Below are positions 26,966 through 35,918 of a stretch of DNA of 64,000 bases, one piece after another. The stretch lies in the IMG/VR virus record IMGVR_UViG_2863389319_000001; one strand, given 5' to 3'. The translations under genes and the position numbers were made by a program. The notes beneath the pieces are model-generated. The model had not been told where the DNA came from, did no database searches, and saw nothing but the letters and a program-made list of their open reading frames with translations. Positions within the stretch are counted from its first letter, which is position 1, and each line of letters opens with the position of its first letter. The stretch is from a virus (Duplodnaviria; Caudoviricetes).

Positions 26966-27877
26966 TCAGGTTTCGTCGCCGGTGTGGCGCCCGACGTACT
27001 CGACCCCGGACACCAACCCTGTATCAGCCGATGCAACGGCCGTCGGCGCCCAGCCTGCCTTCACGAACCTCAACGCCGTCTCGTAGGACAGTTGGGAGTG
27101 CTTGGACGCGCCCCATGTGTACGCGGGCGACGCCATCCACCCGGCGAGCAGTTCCGGGGTCCCGAAGACCGGGCTGATCGGCGAGCCCTCCGACACGGTC
27201 TCCCACAGCTGCCAGCCGTCGCCGGTCGGCGGGTCGGTTCGCTCCCACGCCTCCGCCGCTGCGCGCTGCCCCGGATACGCCTCGACCGACCCGTGCCCCT
27301 GGCAGGTCGAGCACGTGTCGGCGAAGCCCTCCCGCTCGCAGCGGGCCGACACGGCGATGCTCGCGTTGATCCCGTCGTGGCCGAAGCCACGCAGCGACCA
27401 CTCGTTGACCTGCGCGGCGGTCGGCACGACGGGCGGATCGATCTTCTGCCAGCGCGTCTCGGCGCTCCACGTGTGCGTGAAATCCATGAGCCGCCCGGCT
27501 GCGACCAGCGCGTCAACGTCGTCCTGGGCAAGGTGGTGGCAGCACATGCCGTTCCACAGCTCGGCGAGCCGGCGTGCCTCGCGCACGATCGCGGGCTCAC
27601 CCGTGCCGTAGAAGTCCGGCGCGTTGCCGATGTTCCGCTCGGCAAACGCCCGCACGGCGGGGGTGTCGTGACGCAGCGCTGTGGATCCGGTGCTTTCCGG
27701 GTCGAACGGCAGGTAGCCGTACCAGAGGTCGCGCAGGTGCTGGGCTTGCGGCGACCGGCCGCTTTTGCAGTCGGGGCACTTGTCCTCGTCGAACTTGTTG
27801 GGCCTGAGGTAGCCCTGCCAGATCTCGTTGATCGGCCAGTCGAAGGTTGTGGGGACTCGTCGTACTTCACGGCTCAT
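26966..27877 (-). CDS. Conserved phage-type protein with split CxxCxG zinc motifs
   Basis: MSREVRRVP..FDWP..WQGY, CPDCKSG, CSTCQGHG, GWQLWETVSEGSPISPVF. Confidence 0.75.
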   Translation of the reverse strand: MSREVRRVPTTFDWPINEIWQGYLRPNKFDEDKCPDCKSGRSPQAQHLRDLWYGYLPFDPESTGSTALRHDTPAVRAFAERNIGNAPDFYGTGEPAIVREARRLAELWNGMCCHHLAQDDVDALVAAGRLMDFTHTWSAETRWQKIDPPVVPTAAQVNEWSLRGFGHDGINASIAVSARCEREGFADTCSTCQGHGSVEAYPGQRAAAEAWERTDPPTGDGWQLWETVSEGSPISPVFGTPELLAGWMASPAYTWGASKHSQLSYETALRFVKAGWAPTAVASADTGLVSGVEYVGRHTGDET

Positions 27878-27929
27878 CGTGCTGCTCCTTCGGCGGGTGG
27901 GCTGCCGGTGAACGCACAGCCCGGGTCGG

Positions 27930-28409
27930 TCAGAAAGCGACGGGCTGCGTGTTGCTGGCCAGGTTGTTGATGACGATCAGCTGCCACGTGTCATCGGGGT
28001 CTTCGCCCTGCGCGTCGATGGTGCCATTGACGGTGTGATCGAACGTGAACTGCTCGAAGCCCGGCTGTCCTTGGGCGTGGCCGCCGAGCTTGAGGAAGTG
28101 ATCGATCAGGTACTGCATCCACTCGGTGGCGTCATAGAACTTCTCGGCGCCGTTCCACTCGATCGTGGTGCCGTCGTCGGTGGGCTCCCACTCGCACCAG
28201 AGCCCGGGCTGGCTAGGGTCGGGGGCGTTGTAGTTGATGATGTCGGCGTCGTGTCCCTGGCCGAACGGGCCGGTGCCGTCGACGAAGTACGGGCCGTTCT
28301 CGCGGTGCATCCGGCGACTGTCGGCGAACTTACGCAGGTAGGCGATCTCGTGGAGGTCGAGCGGCGGGGCGACGGTGACGTGGCCGGTGAACTCGGTGCT
28401 GTAGCCCAT
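27930..28409 (-). CDS. Hypothetical phage protein
   Basis: MGYSTEFTG...QPGLWCEW...WNGAEKFY...GEDPDD; AAAGGA RBS. Confidence 0.75.
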   Translation of the reverse strand: MGYSTEFTGHVTVAPPLDLHEIAYLRKFADSRRMHRENGPYFVDGTGPFGQGHDADIINYNAPDPSQPGLWCEWEPTDDGTTIEWNGAEKFYDATEWMQYLIDHFLKLGGHAQGQPGFEQFTFDHTVNGTIDAQGEDPDDTWQLIVINNLASNTQPVAF

Positions 28410-28464
28410 GGCATGTCCTTTCGGGTGGGTGGGCCCGGCCGCCGGGGCAGCCGGGCGGGGGCGG

Positions 28465-28743
28465 TCAGATCTTGGCGAGCCGCTCGGCTTCGAACTTGGC
28501 GGCGTCGGAAGCGATGCAGTTGCGCTTGATCTCGTCCTCGACGTGGTCGGCGGCGTTGATCAGCGACTCTGCCCAGGACCGGGCCTGCTGCGGGGTCAGC
28601 CGGATGTCGATGCGCCGTCCGGTCTGCGGGCCGTCCGTCACCTCGACGTCAACCCCGACCTTCGGAGCGTTCGTGATCGGGTTGATGGCGGAGCGGTAGC
28701 CGATGCCGATAATGCGGCCGGTCCAGAACTTGCGGTGTCCCAT
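28465..28743 (-). CDS. Hypothetical protein
   Basis: GAGGAG RBS. Confidence 0.6.
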   Translation of the reverse strand: MGHRKFWTGRIIGIGYRSAINPITNAPKVGVDVEVTDGPQTGRRIDIRLTPQQARSWAESLINAADHVEDEIKRNCIASDAAKFEAERLAKI

Positions 28744-28745
28744 GG

Positions 28746-29093
28746 TCAGTTCTCCTCGTTCTCGGCAAGGTCCCAGCAGTGGTTGCAGATGTCGGAGCCG
28801 ATCGGCCAGGTGCCGTCGTCCGGGGCAGCGCAGTCAGCGCAGCCAAGTTCCTCGTCGTCGACGACGGACGGCTTGGCGAGGATCTCGTTGTTCGCCTCGG
28901 CGATTGCCGTAGCGATGGTGCTGGCACACCAGGTGCCGAAGTGCGGTCCGCCGTACAGGTACCAGCCGGTGTCAGGACACTCGTCGCGCAGGTTCCGGCG
29001 GCGCTTCTCCAGCTCGTAGCTGACTCCGCCGTGCGTGGCGTGGTAGCGGCCGTCGCTGGACTTGCTGAAGTCGATGGCGATGCGGCCGGCCAT
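28746..29093 (-). CDS. Hypothetical protein with C-terminal zinc finger
   Basis: TGATG coupling; CADC...CNHC. Confidence 0.55.
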   Translation of the reverse strand: MAGRIAIDFSKSSDGRYHATHGGVSYELEKRRRNLRDECPDTGWYLYGGPHFGTWCASTIATAIAEANNEILAKPSVVDDEELGCADCAAPDDGTWPIGSDICNHCWDLAENEEN

Positions 29094-30121
29094 CAGATCT
29101 CGCCTCGGACTTCCAGCTCCCACCAGAGCGAACCGGCGCGGCGGGCGAGATCGGCGAGCGAACTCGTGTTGTCCGTGCGGGTGATCACATCCATGACGGT
29201 CTTGAGTTTGGCAATGAGGTCGGGCGTTTGGAGCTGGCTGGGTTCAGCCTGGGCGGCGCTGAGGACTTGCTCGGCGGCGACGCGGCCGATGAACTCGGCG
29301 GGGCAGTCGATGGAGCGGCCTCTCTCGTACGCGGCGGTCAGGCGCGGGCGCTGGTAGTCGGTGAGGGCTTCGGCGCTGGACGCGAGTGCGACCTCGTTGG
29401 GCCTGCTCAGGGTGCGGCCGCGCTCAAGGTGCTCCTCGCAGGCAGCGGTGGTCCGGTCCAGTTCGGCCCGCATCTCGTCGAGCCGGTCGGTGGCGTCGGT
29501 CCGCTCCGGAACGGGCACGCACTCGGAAGCGAGCCACTGCAAGCCGCCTTCGACCTCGACCCGTAGCGGCTCGTTCGCCCAGCGGGACAGCTTGACGACG
29601 GTCTGGGTGGTGCCGTCGGCGACGACGATGCGTTGGCCGGGGGTGAAGTCGGCGGCCACGGCGGTCTCCTGGGGGTCGGTGAAGCTGGGGACGCTGGCGA
29701 GGTCTTGGCGGGTTTCGAAGCCGAGGCGCTGGGCGTCCTCGCGCCACACATCGGCGTGGTGGTCGCAGCACCACATGGTGTACGCGCCGGGCCGGGTGAA
29801 CGCGACGGCAGCGAGCTGCGAGCAGTTGGCGCACTTCGGCTTGGCCGGCGTCTTGGTCACGGTGCTCTCCTTGGCGGCCTGGTCGGCCTTCCACTGCTCG
29901 TTGGTGCGGACGTACTCGACGGCTTCGCGCTTGGTCTCGAACTCGCAGTCGGCGTGGTACTCGCCGGGGCTGGTGAGCATCCAGCGGGGCCCGCGCGGCA
30001 GACCGGCGGTGAACGCGTCGCTGGTGTCGACGGGGCAGTTGTGGAGCTGGTAGACGCCATTGGGGGTGTCGATCTCGTAGGAGCCAGCGCAGCGGCGGCG
30101 GGTCTTGATGGTGACGCTCAC
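29093..30121 (-). CDS. Multidomain hypothetical protein (first gene after divergent promoter)
   Basis: GGAGG RBS; high GC3. Confidence 0.65.
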   Translation of the reverse strand: MSVTIKTRRRCAGSYEIDTPNGVYQLHNCPVDTSDAFTAGLPRGPRWMLTSPGEYHADCEFETKREAVEYVRTNEQWKADQAAKESTVTKTPAKPKCANCSQLAAVAFTRPGAYTMWCCDHHADVWREDAQRLGFETRQDLASVPSFTDPQETAVAADFTPGQRIVVADGTTQTVVKLSRWANEPLRVEVEGGLQWLASECVPVPERTDATDRLDEMRAELDRTTAACEEHLERGRTLSRPNEVALASSAEALTDYQRPRLTAAYERGRSIDCPAEFIGRVAAEQVLSAAQAEPSQLQTPDLIAKLKTVMDVITRTDNTSSLADLARRAGSLWWELEVRGEI

Positions 30122-30160
30122 GATGACCTCCGGGCTGCTTGAGCTTGCCTACCCTCTAAA

Positions 30161-30201
30161 TGTAAGGGCTACCCCTTGCAGTGTCAAGCCCATCCCTTAC
30201 A
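30161..30201. promoter_or_regulatory. Divergent promoter with TGTAAGGG...CCCTTRCA operator arms
   Basis: TGTAAGGG at 30161, CCCTTGCA at 30173, CCCTTACA at 30194; AT-richer intergenic DNA. Confidence 0.6.
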
Positions 30202-30209
30202 CTGATCCC

Positions 30210-30506
30210 ATGGACACGCCACCGACCCCGTTCGAGGCCCTCGCGAACCTGACCACAGGGCCCGACCCCACCCAGCGGGCCAAGAACATCGGCATGGCGC
30301 TCGCCGCCGTTCCCGACCTGCAGAAGTGGCTACGCCGAGCCAGAGAACACGCCGTCGGAGAGATGCACGACAGCGGTATGAGCTACGCGGACATCGGCGT
30401 CGAACTCGGCATGGACCGCGTTCGCGCCCACCAGATCGCCAAGGGCAAGACCACCGGCCGACCACCGAAACCCAAGCCCGGCCCCGCCGAGCCCGACAGC
30501 CCCTGA
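30210..30506 (+). CDS. Sigma70 region 4-like HTH regulator
   Basis: GMSYADIGVELGMDRVRAHQIAKG. Confidence 0.75.
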   Translation: MDTPPTPFEALANLTTGPDPTQRAKNIGMALAAVPDLQKWLRRAREHAVGEMHDSGMSYADIGVELGMDRVRAHQIAKGKTTGRPPKPKPGPAEPDSP

Positions 30507-30571
30507 CGCCCGATCGGGCGCATTTCCACCAAGCGACCCCGCGGCACCCATGCCGCCCGTACGGTCAACCC

Positions 30572-30847
30572 ATGACCAAAGACCAGGGCGAACCCCTGTA
30601 CGAGATCCGCCGCACCCCCGGGCATGCCGAGGCCACCATGTATGCCTGGATCCCTGACGCGGACGACAATCCGGCCCTCGAACCGCTCGGCACGATCACG
30701 CCCGAGCGGGGTGGGCTGGCCGTCACCTGGCGAACTGAGCCAGACGGGCCAGCGCCGACAGAGTGGGTACCCGACGAGCTGGCCGCGTTCTGGTTCCTGG
30801 AGGGGGCCAGGTTCCGGGCGATCAGTTTTCAAAGCGGCTGGGAGTAG
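30572..30847 (+). CDS. Hypothetical protein
   Basis: ORF with normal codon bias. Confidence 0.5.
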   Translation: MTKDQGEPLYEIRRTPGHAEATMYAWIPDADDNPALEPLGTITPERGGLAVTWRTEPDGPAPTEWVPDELAAFWFLEGARFRAISFQSGWE

Positions 30848-31044
30848 CGGCCGATTGTGGCTCGCGGGCCCGAACCGCACACTCCGGGCCCTACACCCTC
30901 TGCGGCCCGTGACGGCCCTCAGGCGGCCGAATAGCGCGCGGAGGCAGTCCGGGAGCCTGCGGGGCGAGAACGGGCCGCTACGGACGCGCAGTTCCGCGTC
31001 GCGGGCCAATGGGGTGCGCCGCGGCCGGACACACCCCGAGACGG

Positions 31045-31350
31045 TCAGGACGATGCCGGGCCTTCCATCGCAGCCTCGGTGCGCTGGATGACCCGCAGGG
31101 CCTCCAGCACTGCGAACGCGTGGTGCAGCGGCACCCCGGGCCGGGCACGGTGAATCCGCTCCGCCATCGCCCGATCCTCCGCCTTGCCCGCGGCGAGCTC
31201 CTCCGCACTGGGTAGGGGCGCCGCCATGGCCCGCTGCAGGCCTTCGAGCCGGGCCGCTATCTCTGCGACCGTCTTCCCGAACTTGATCTCCGTGGGGTCG
31301 CCCTGCGGCGGGTCCTCCGCCAGCCGTCGACGCGCCTCGTCGATATCCAT
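31045..31350 (-). CDS. Hypothetical protein
   Basis: Coupled to upstream ORF. Confidence 0.5.
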   Translation of the reverse strand: MDIDEARRRLAEDPPQGDPTEIKFGKTVAEIAARLEGLQRAMAAPLPSAEELAAGKAEDRAMAERIHRARPGVPLHHAFAVLEALRVIQRTEAAMEGPASS

Positions 31351-31808
31351 CACGACCGCTCCCCCGCGCCGAAGCCCCGCTCCAACCGGGCCGTCAAGTC
31401 ACCAGCCACGCACCAACAGCCGGTCCACTTGCCCTGTCCGCGCGGCCGGTGCCACTCCTGGTAGCGGTGCTCCACATCGACGCTCGGGCAGTGCACGTCG
31501 GTGCAGGTCTTACTGTCGTCGAAGTGGTGACTGAGGTGACCTTCGCAGTAGAAGCTGCGACGCCGACCCGGCACGGCGGCAGCCCACCGCTTGTCGTACT
31601 CCCGCAGTTCGTGTCGGCATGAGCCGCGCAGGTGGAACATCGCGGATCCGTCGCCCCAGTCGAGGGGGTTGCGTTCGCGGGTTTCGACGACGCGGTAGGG
31701 CTTGCGGTCCCAGATGACGATCTGGCCGGGGGTGAGATTGCTGCCGCCCTGGTAGCCGGCGTCCCTCTGGTCGGGGCGCCAGGCGTCGGGGTCGAAGAGG
31801 ATGGTCAT
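31350..31808 (-). CDS. Cys/His-containing hypothetical protein
   Basis: GAGGAG RBS. Confidence 0.55.
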   Translation of the reverse strand: MTILFDPDAWRPDQRDAGYQGGSNLTPGQIVIWDRKPYRVVETRERNPLDWGDGSAMFHLRGSCRHELREYDKRWAAAVPGRRRSFYCEGHLSHHFDDSKTCTDVHCPSVDVEHRYQEWHRPRGQGKWTGCWCVAGDLTARLERGFGAGERS

Positions 31809-31865
31809 TGCTGGCTCCTCAGTCCGGTCTCGTGGGCGTGGGCGAGGTGGAGTGCGGCACCCATC

Positions 31866-32192
31866 TCAGACCCCCACCGCGGGGGTCGGGGTGGTGTCAA
31901 CCGGCGTCGCCCAGTAGTTCCGGCAAATGTCCTCCCGGCCGGTGCGCTCGCACTTGAGGCAGTACTGGTTGCGCGCATCATGCTCGGCCTCCTCGTGGCC
32001 ACAACTGCACAGGACGGTGACGGTCGCGCATGCGGGGCAGGTGGGGGTGTTGACGACGGCGCGGATGCTGTCGATGTCGGGCTGCTCGTCGGGGCTGCAG
32101 GCGAGGTTGTAGGTGCCGTAGTTGATGCGGGCGGCGTGGATGGTGCCGTTCGGCTCGTAGGCACGGCGCGGGTAGGCAAGCTTGATGGCCAT
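31866..32192 (-). CDS. Zinc-finger hypothetical protein
   Basis: CPAC, CSCGH, CLKC. Confidence 0.55.
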   Translation of the reverse strand: MAIKLAYPRRAYEPNGTIHAARINYGTYNLACSPDEQPDIDSIRAVVNTPTCPACATVTVLCSCGHEEAEHDARNQYCLKCERTGREDICRNYWATPVDTTPTPAVGV

Positions 32193-32425
32193 CAGGATGT
32201 CTCCTCGTCGGTCCAGGGGGTGTAGGTCACGCGGCGGGACACGAACACCAGCCGCGTCTCGGGGTCGTCGTGCGCGATGGCGCGGAACTGGCCGTGGGCG
32301 CTTTCCCGCTCGAACTCTGCGCGCTTCGACGGCCACGGGGCCGACGCCAGCCGCGTGAGGTCGCGGGCCCCATCGGGGTACTCGAAGTAGTAGGCCCACT
32401 CGATCCACTCCTCCGGCGCGGTCAC
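32192..32425 (-). CDS. Hypothetical protein
   Basis: GGAGGCATCGTGA junction. Confidence 0.5.
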   Translation of the reverse strand: MTAPEEWIEWAYYFEYPDGARDLTRLASAPWPSKRAEFERESAHGQFRAIAHDDPETRLVFVSRRVTYTPWTDEETS

Positions 32426-32691
32426 GATGCCTCCCGCCCGTACGGCACGGCCCGGTCGAGCATGTCGCGGCGTGCGGGCAGGCGTTCGTCGAACGCGGCG
32501 ATGACACAGCCGCGGCCGCCGATGAACGACCGGTCCAGGTAGTTCTTCACCCAACGAGCCTGCATGGCCTGTTCCTGGTTGCCATTCTCGGTGGCCTGCT
32601 GCTCCCAGCGGGCGAGCTTGTCGATGTGGTGCTGGATGCTGGCGCGGGCCCAGGCGAGGGCCTCCGGGTCACGGTCGAAACGGTCGTTCAC
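32422..32691 (-). CDS. Hypothetical protein
   Basis: GTGA coupling; FIGGRGCVIAAFDER. Confidence 0.55.
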   Translation of the reverse strand: MNDRFDRDPEALAWARASIQHHIDKLARWEQQATENGNQEQAMQARWVKNYLDRSFIGGRGCVIAAFDERLPARRDMLDRAVPYGREAS

Positions 32692-33272
32692 TGGAAGTCC
32701 CTCGCCTTGATCTTGGCCATGCGGCCGTCGGGGTGATGCCACACCATGCCCTCGCAGCCGTCCGCCTCGGCCGCGAACAGGACCGCCTTACGGATCCCGT
32801 CGAAGGACAGATCCCTTACGGTCATCCACTTGGCCTTGGCATGTGCGATCAGCTCGTGAACCTCGCAGCGCTCCGGGTTCCCGTTGACCTTCGGGCCGAC
32901 CAGCTCGTACGTACCCGCCTCCCAGCGGCCCGGGTTGAAGCCCTCCGGGTAGTCGGCGTCCTCAGCGTCCGCGATCGCCTCGGCGTGGAACTTCGCGAAC
33001 GCGGACTGGGCGATCGGCTCCCAGCCGACGGTCTTGCCAGTGACCTCGTCGTGCTGCTCGGCCACGTAGTTCGCCGGCGGCTGCTTGCCGGGCTTCACCT
33101 CGCGCCGGGCCCACCAGTTACCGTCGCCGTCGAGCATGACGCAGGTGCCGTCGTACTTCCGGGTCGCCTGGCCTTCGTCGGCGAGGACCCACTCGCAGCC
33201 AGGGGTCGCCTCGGGCAGGACGTGGGCGCGGTCGTCGGGGTCGCGGACGAACACGGTGGGGATCTTACGCAT
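32688..33272 (-). CDS. RNA-ligase-like nucleotidyltransferase (DUF5565-like)
   Basis: TRKYDGT (KxDG), GTYELVGPKVNGNP, EGMVW, AKIK motifs. Confidence 0.75.
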   Translation of the reverse strand: MRKIPTVFVRDPDDRAHVLPEATPGCEWVLADEGQATRKYDGTCVMLDGDGNWWARREVKPGKQPPANYVAEQHDEVTGKTVGWEPIAQSAFAKFHAEAIADAEDADYPEGFNPGRWEAGTYELVGPKVNGNPERCEVHELIAHAKAKWMTVRDLSFDGIRKAVLFAAEADGCEGMVWHHPDGRMAKIKARDFQ

Positions 33273-33379
33273 TGAGGGTCTCCGATTCGCGATGGTTTGT
33301 GATCTATTGTCCTGCAGTTTCGGGCACACGGGTAGCCCTGTGACCTGACGGTTTGCGCTCAACTCGCGGGCAGCAAGGC

Positions 33380-33778
33380 CTACATGGCGGCGAGCGTCAC
33401 CGCGGCGGGCAGGAGTCCGAGGCCGATGTGGAACGCCTGATCGACATATTGGGCGCCGCCGTTGGCGAGGTAGCTGGTCTGGCCGGTGTGTTCCATCCAC
33501 CAGCGGACGGGCCAGCGCCGGTCGATGAGGCTGTGCGAGCAGCCGATCCAGGCGAGCGCGGCCACGGTGCCTGCCGCGCTGGCGTGCAGGTCGAGGATCA
33601 GGATGCCAAGCCACAGCAGGACCGCGCTGGTGGTGACGTGCGTGCCGGCGTGGGCCAGGTTCGCCCGCCAGCCGGTCGCGGTCCGGTCGGCCTTGTGCAG
33701 GGCCTGGTAATCGGTTTGCAGGGGGTAGTCACTCAGGTGATGAGCGGCGAAAAGGATCACGAAGAAATCGGCGAACAT
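33380..33778 (-). CDS. DUF3307 family membrane protein
   Basis: HHLSDYPLQTD...HAGTH...HSLIDRR...DQAFH. Confidence 0.8.
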   Translation of the reverse strand: MFADFFVILFAAHHLSDYPLQTDYQALHKADRTATGWRANLAHAGTHVTTSAVLLWLGILILDLHASAAGTVAALAWIGCSHSLIDRRWPVRWWMEHTGQTSYLANGGAQYVDQAFHIGLGLLPAAVTLAAM

Positions 33779-33783
33779 GTCGA

Positions 33784-33951
33784 TCAGCCCTCGGTGTGCT
33801 CGACCAGCTTGCCCAAGGCGGGCGCCATGCCGGCTGCGTACTCCTCGGTGCGGCAGCCGGAGCAGACGACGAAAAATCGCTCGGCCTGGTCCATCTCGAT
33901 GCGGGCGACGCCACCGTTGTGGCTGATCTCGTTGCTGACGATCTTGCGCAT
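33784..33951 (-). CDS. Small CxxC protein
   Basis: AAGGAG RBS + ATG; VCSGC. Confidence 0.5.
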   Translation of the reverse strand: MRKIVSNEISHNGGVARIEMDQAERFFVVCSGCRTEEYAAGMAPALGKLVEHTEG

Positions 33952-34284
33952 GTGAATCTCCTTGGGTGAGTGCGGGGTTGTGATTCAAGGGCCCCCGGCG
34001 GGGGCATCCCGTTCCGCTCGCCCAGTGCAGTCCGGGCGTGACCTGGATTACAGCGCGGGCAGTCAGTCCTCGTGGGTGCCAGCGCCGCCGGCCCCGACAC
34101 TCGATCGGGTGAACCGCACGGCTAGCCCTCGGCGTGGCCACCAGGCCCGGCTACCGTCTTCATCAGGCCCCTGGTGAGGGCGACGCACGATCACCGCAGT
34201 GAACACGCCGGCGCCATCATGGCGGACTAGCTGCCCCCTCAGTGGTCGCCAACCCACCAGGGGCCCCTGCATGCCCACTGCCAG

Positions 34285-34521
34285 TCAGCTGCCGACTCCC
34301 TGGTACGGGATCGGGTCGCTGGGCCGGCCGCAGCCCGCGGGCCAGGCGCCGACCGGACGGCCATCAGGGCGGGACTTCGGCGGGGCGGTCTTCGGGACCT
34401 GGTCCTCGCCGTTTGCTTCGGGACGGCGGAACTGGCTGCGCATGAACGCGCGCAGATCGCCGTCCTTGCGCATCTGGCCGATGTCGTCGCGGGTGAAGTT
34501 GTCAGATATGTAGATCATCAA
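34285..34521 (-). CDS. Hypothetical protein following dnaB
   Basis: AAAGGAG RBS; DIGQMRKDGDLRAFMR...GAWPAG. Confidence 0.6.
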   Translation of the reverse strand: MMIYISDNFTRDDIGQMRKDGDLRAFMRSQFRRPEANGEDQVPKTAPPKSRPDGRPVGAWPAGCGRPSDPIPYQGVGS

Positions 34522-35918
34522 CTCCTTTCGCCATCACGGGTCATGTCCTTGAACGACGAGTAGTGGAGCTGCGCGGCCACTGTGATCGTCGCGGTCGCCC
34601 CGGCCCGGTGCTTGCCGACGATCAGGTCGGCCTCGCCTGCGCGGGGGGACTCCTTCTCGTAGGCGTCCTCTCGGTGGAGCAGGATGACCATGTCGGCGTC
34701 CTGCTCCAGCGAGCCGGATTCACGCAGGTCGGAGACCTGCGGCTTCTTGTCGGCGCGCTGCTCGGGCCCACGGTTCAGCTGGGACAGTGCGATCACCGGC
34801 AGCTTCAGCTCCTTGGCCATCAGCTTCAACCGGCGTGACATGTACGACACTTCGATCTGCCGGGACTCGAACCGCTTCGAGCTGCCGGACCCCAGCAGCT
34901 GCAGATAGTCGATAATCACCAGCCGCAGGTCCTGCTTCTCCTTCAGTCGCCGGCACTTCGCGTAGATCTGCGCCAGGTCCAGGTTCGGCGAGTCGTCAAT
35001 GTACAACGGCGCCGCAGTGACGTCGGGCATCCGCCGGGCCACCCGCAGCCAGTCGTCGTCGTCCATGTACCCGGAGCGCATCAGGTGCAGGCCAACCCGG
35101 GCCTCCGCCGACAGGAGACGTATGTTCACCTCGTGGCGGCTCATCTCCAGCGAGAACAGAACCGACGGCAGGCCGGTGGCGATCGAGCAGGCCCGTTGGA
35201 AGTCCAGCGCCAGAGTCGACTTGCCCATCGCCGGGCGCGCGGCGACGAGAATGAACTGCTCGTCCTGCCAGCCTTGGGTGAGGGCGTCGAGGTCGGCGAA
35301 GCCCGTCGGGATGCCGTTGATCTTCCCCTTGTTCTGGGCGATCTCCTCCAGCTTGTCGAGCGTCCCTTCCATCGACGAGGCGACGACGTGCAGCCCGTCC
35401 TCGGCCTGCTCGCCTTCCGCGGTGGTGATCTGCGCCTGGATCTCGGCGATGATCTGCGACGGCTCACCACGGCCGGCCAGAAGATCGCCGGTAGCGCGCA
35501 TCAAGCCCTGCGCGAAGTCCCTCGCGACCCACTTCTCGCGGACAATCTCGGCGTACTCCTCCGCGTTCGAGGTGATGCCAGGCGAGCTCGCGATCGTGTG
35601 CAGGTAGCCGGGGCCACCAGCCCGCGCGAGTTCGCCGATCTTCTTGAGCTCAGCCGCCACGGTGATCGGGTCGGCGGGTTCGCCGCGCCCGTGGAGTTCG
35701 AGGATCGCGTCGTGGATCAACTGGTGGGCGGGGCGGTAGTAGTGCTTGCCCTTGATGATCGTCGCAATGGTGTTGATCGCATCCCGGCTGAACAGCATGG
35801 CCCGCAGCGCGCCCTGCTCGGCGCTGATGTCCTGCGGCGGCTCGTAGTCCAGGCCCTCCACCTTCGCCGGCTCCTGCTGGGCTGGCTGGTCGTCGTGGAA
35901 CGGGTTCTGCTCGGTCAT
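34518..35918 (-). CDS. dnaB: Replicative DNA helicase DnaB
   Basis: AARPAMGKS Walker A, FSLEMS, IIDYLQL, LSQLNR, DLRESGSLEQDAD. Confidence 0.96.
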   Translation of the reverse strand: MTEQNPFHDDQPAQQEPAKVEGLDYEPPQDISAEQGALRAMLFSRDAINTIATIIKGKHYYRPAHQLIHDAILELHGRGEPADPITVAAELKKIGELARAGGPGYLHTIASSPGITSNAEEYAEIVREKWVARDFAQGLMRATGDLLAGRGEPSQIIAEIQAQITTAEGEQAEDGLHVVASSMEGTLDKLEEIAQNKGKINGIPTGFADLDALTQGWQDEQFILVAARPAMGKSTLALDFQRACSIATGLPSVLFSLEMSRHEVNIRLLSAEARVGLHLMRSGYMDDDDWLRVARRMPDVTAAPLYIDDSPNLDLAQIYAKCRRLKEKQDLRLVIIDYLQLLGSGSSKRFESRQIEVSYMSRRLKLMAKELKLPVIALSQLNRGPEQRADKKPQVSDLRESGSLEQDADMVILLHREDAYEKESPRAGEADLIVGKHRAGATATITVAAQLHYSSFKDMTRDGERS

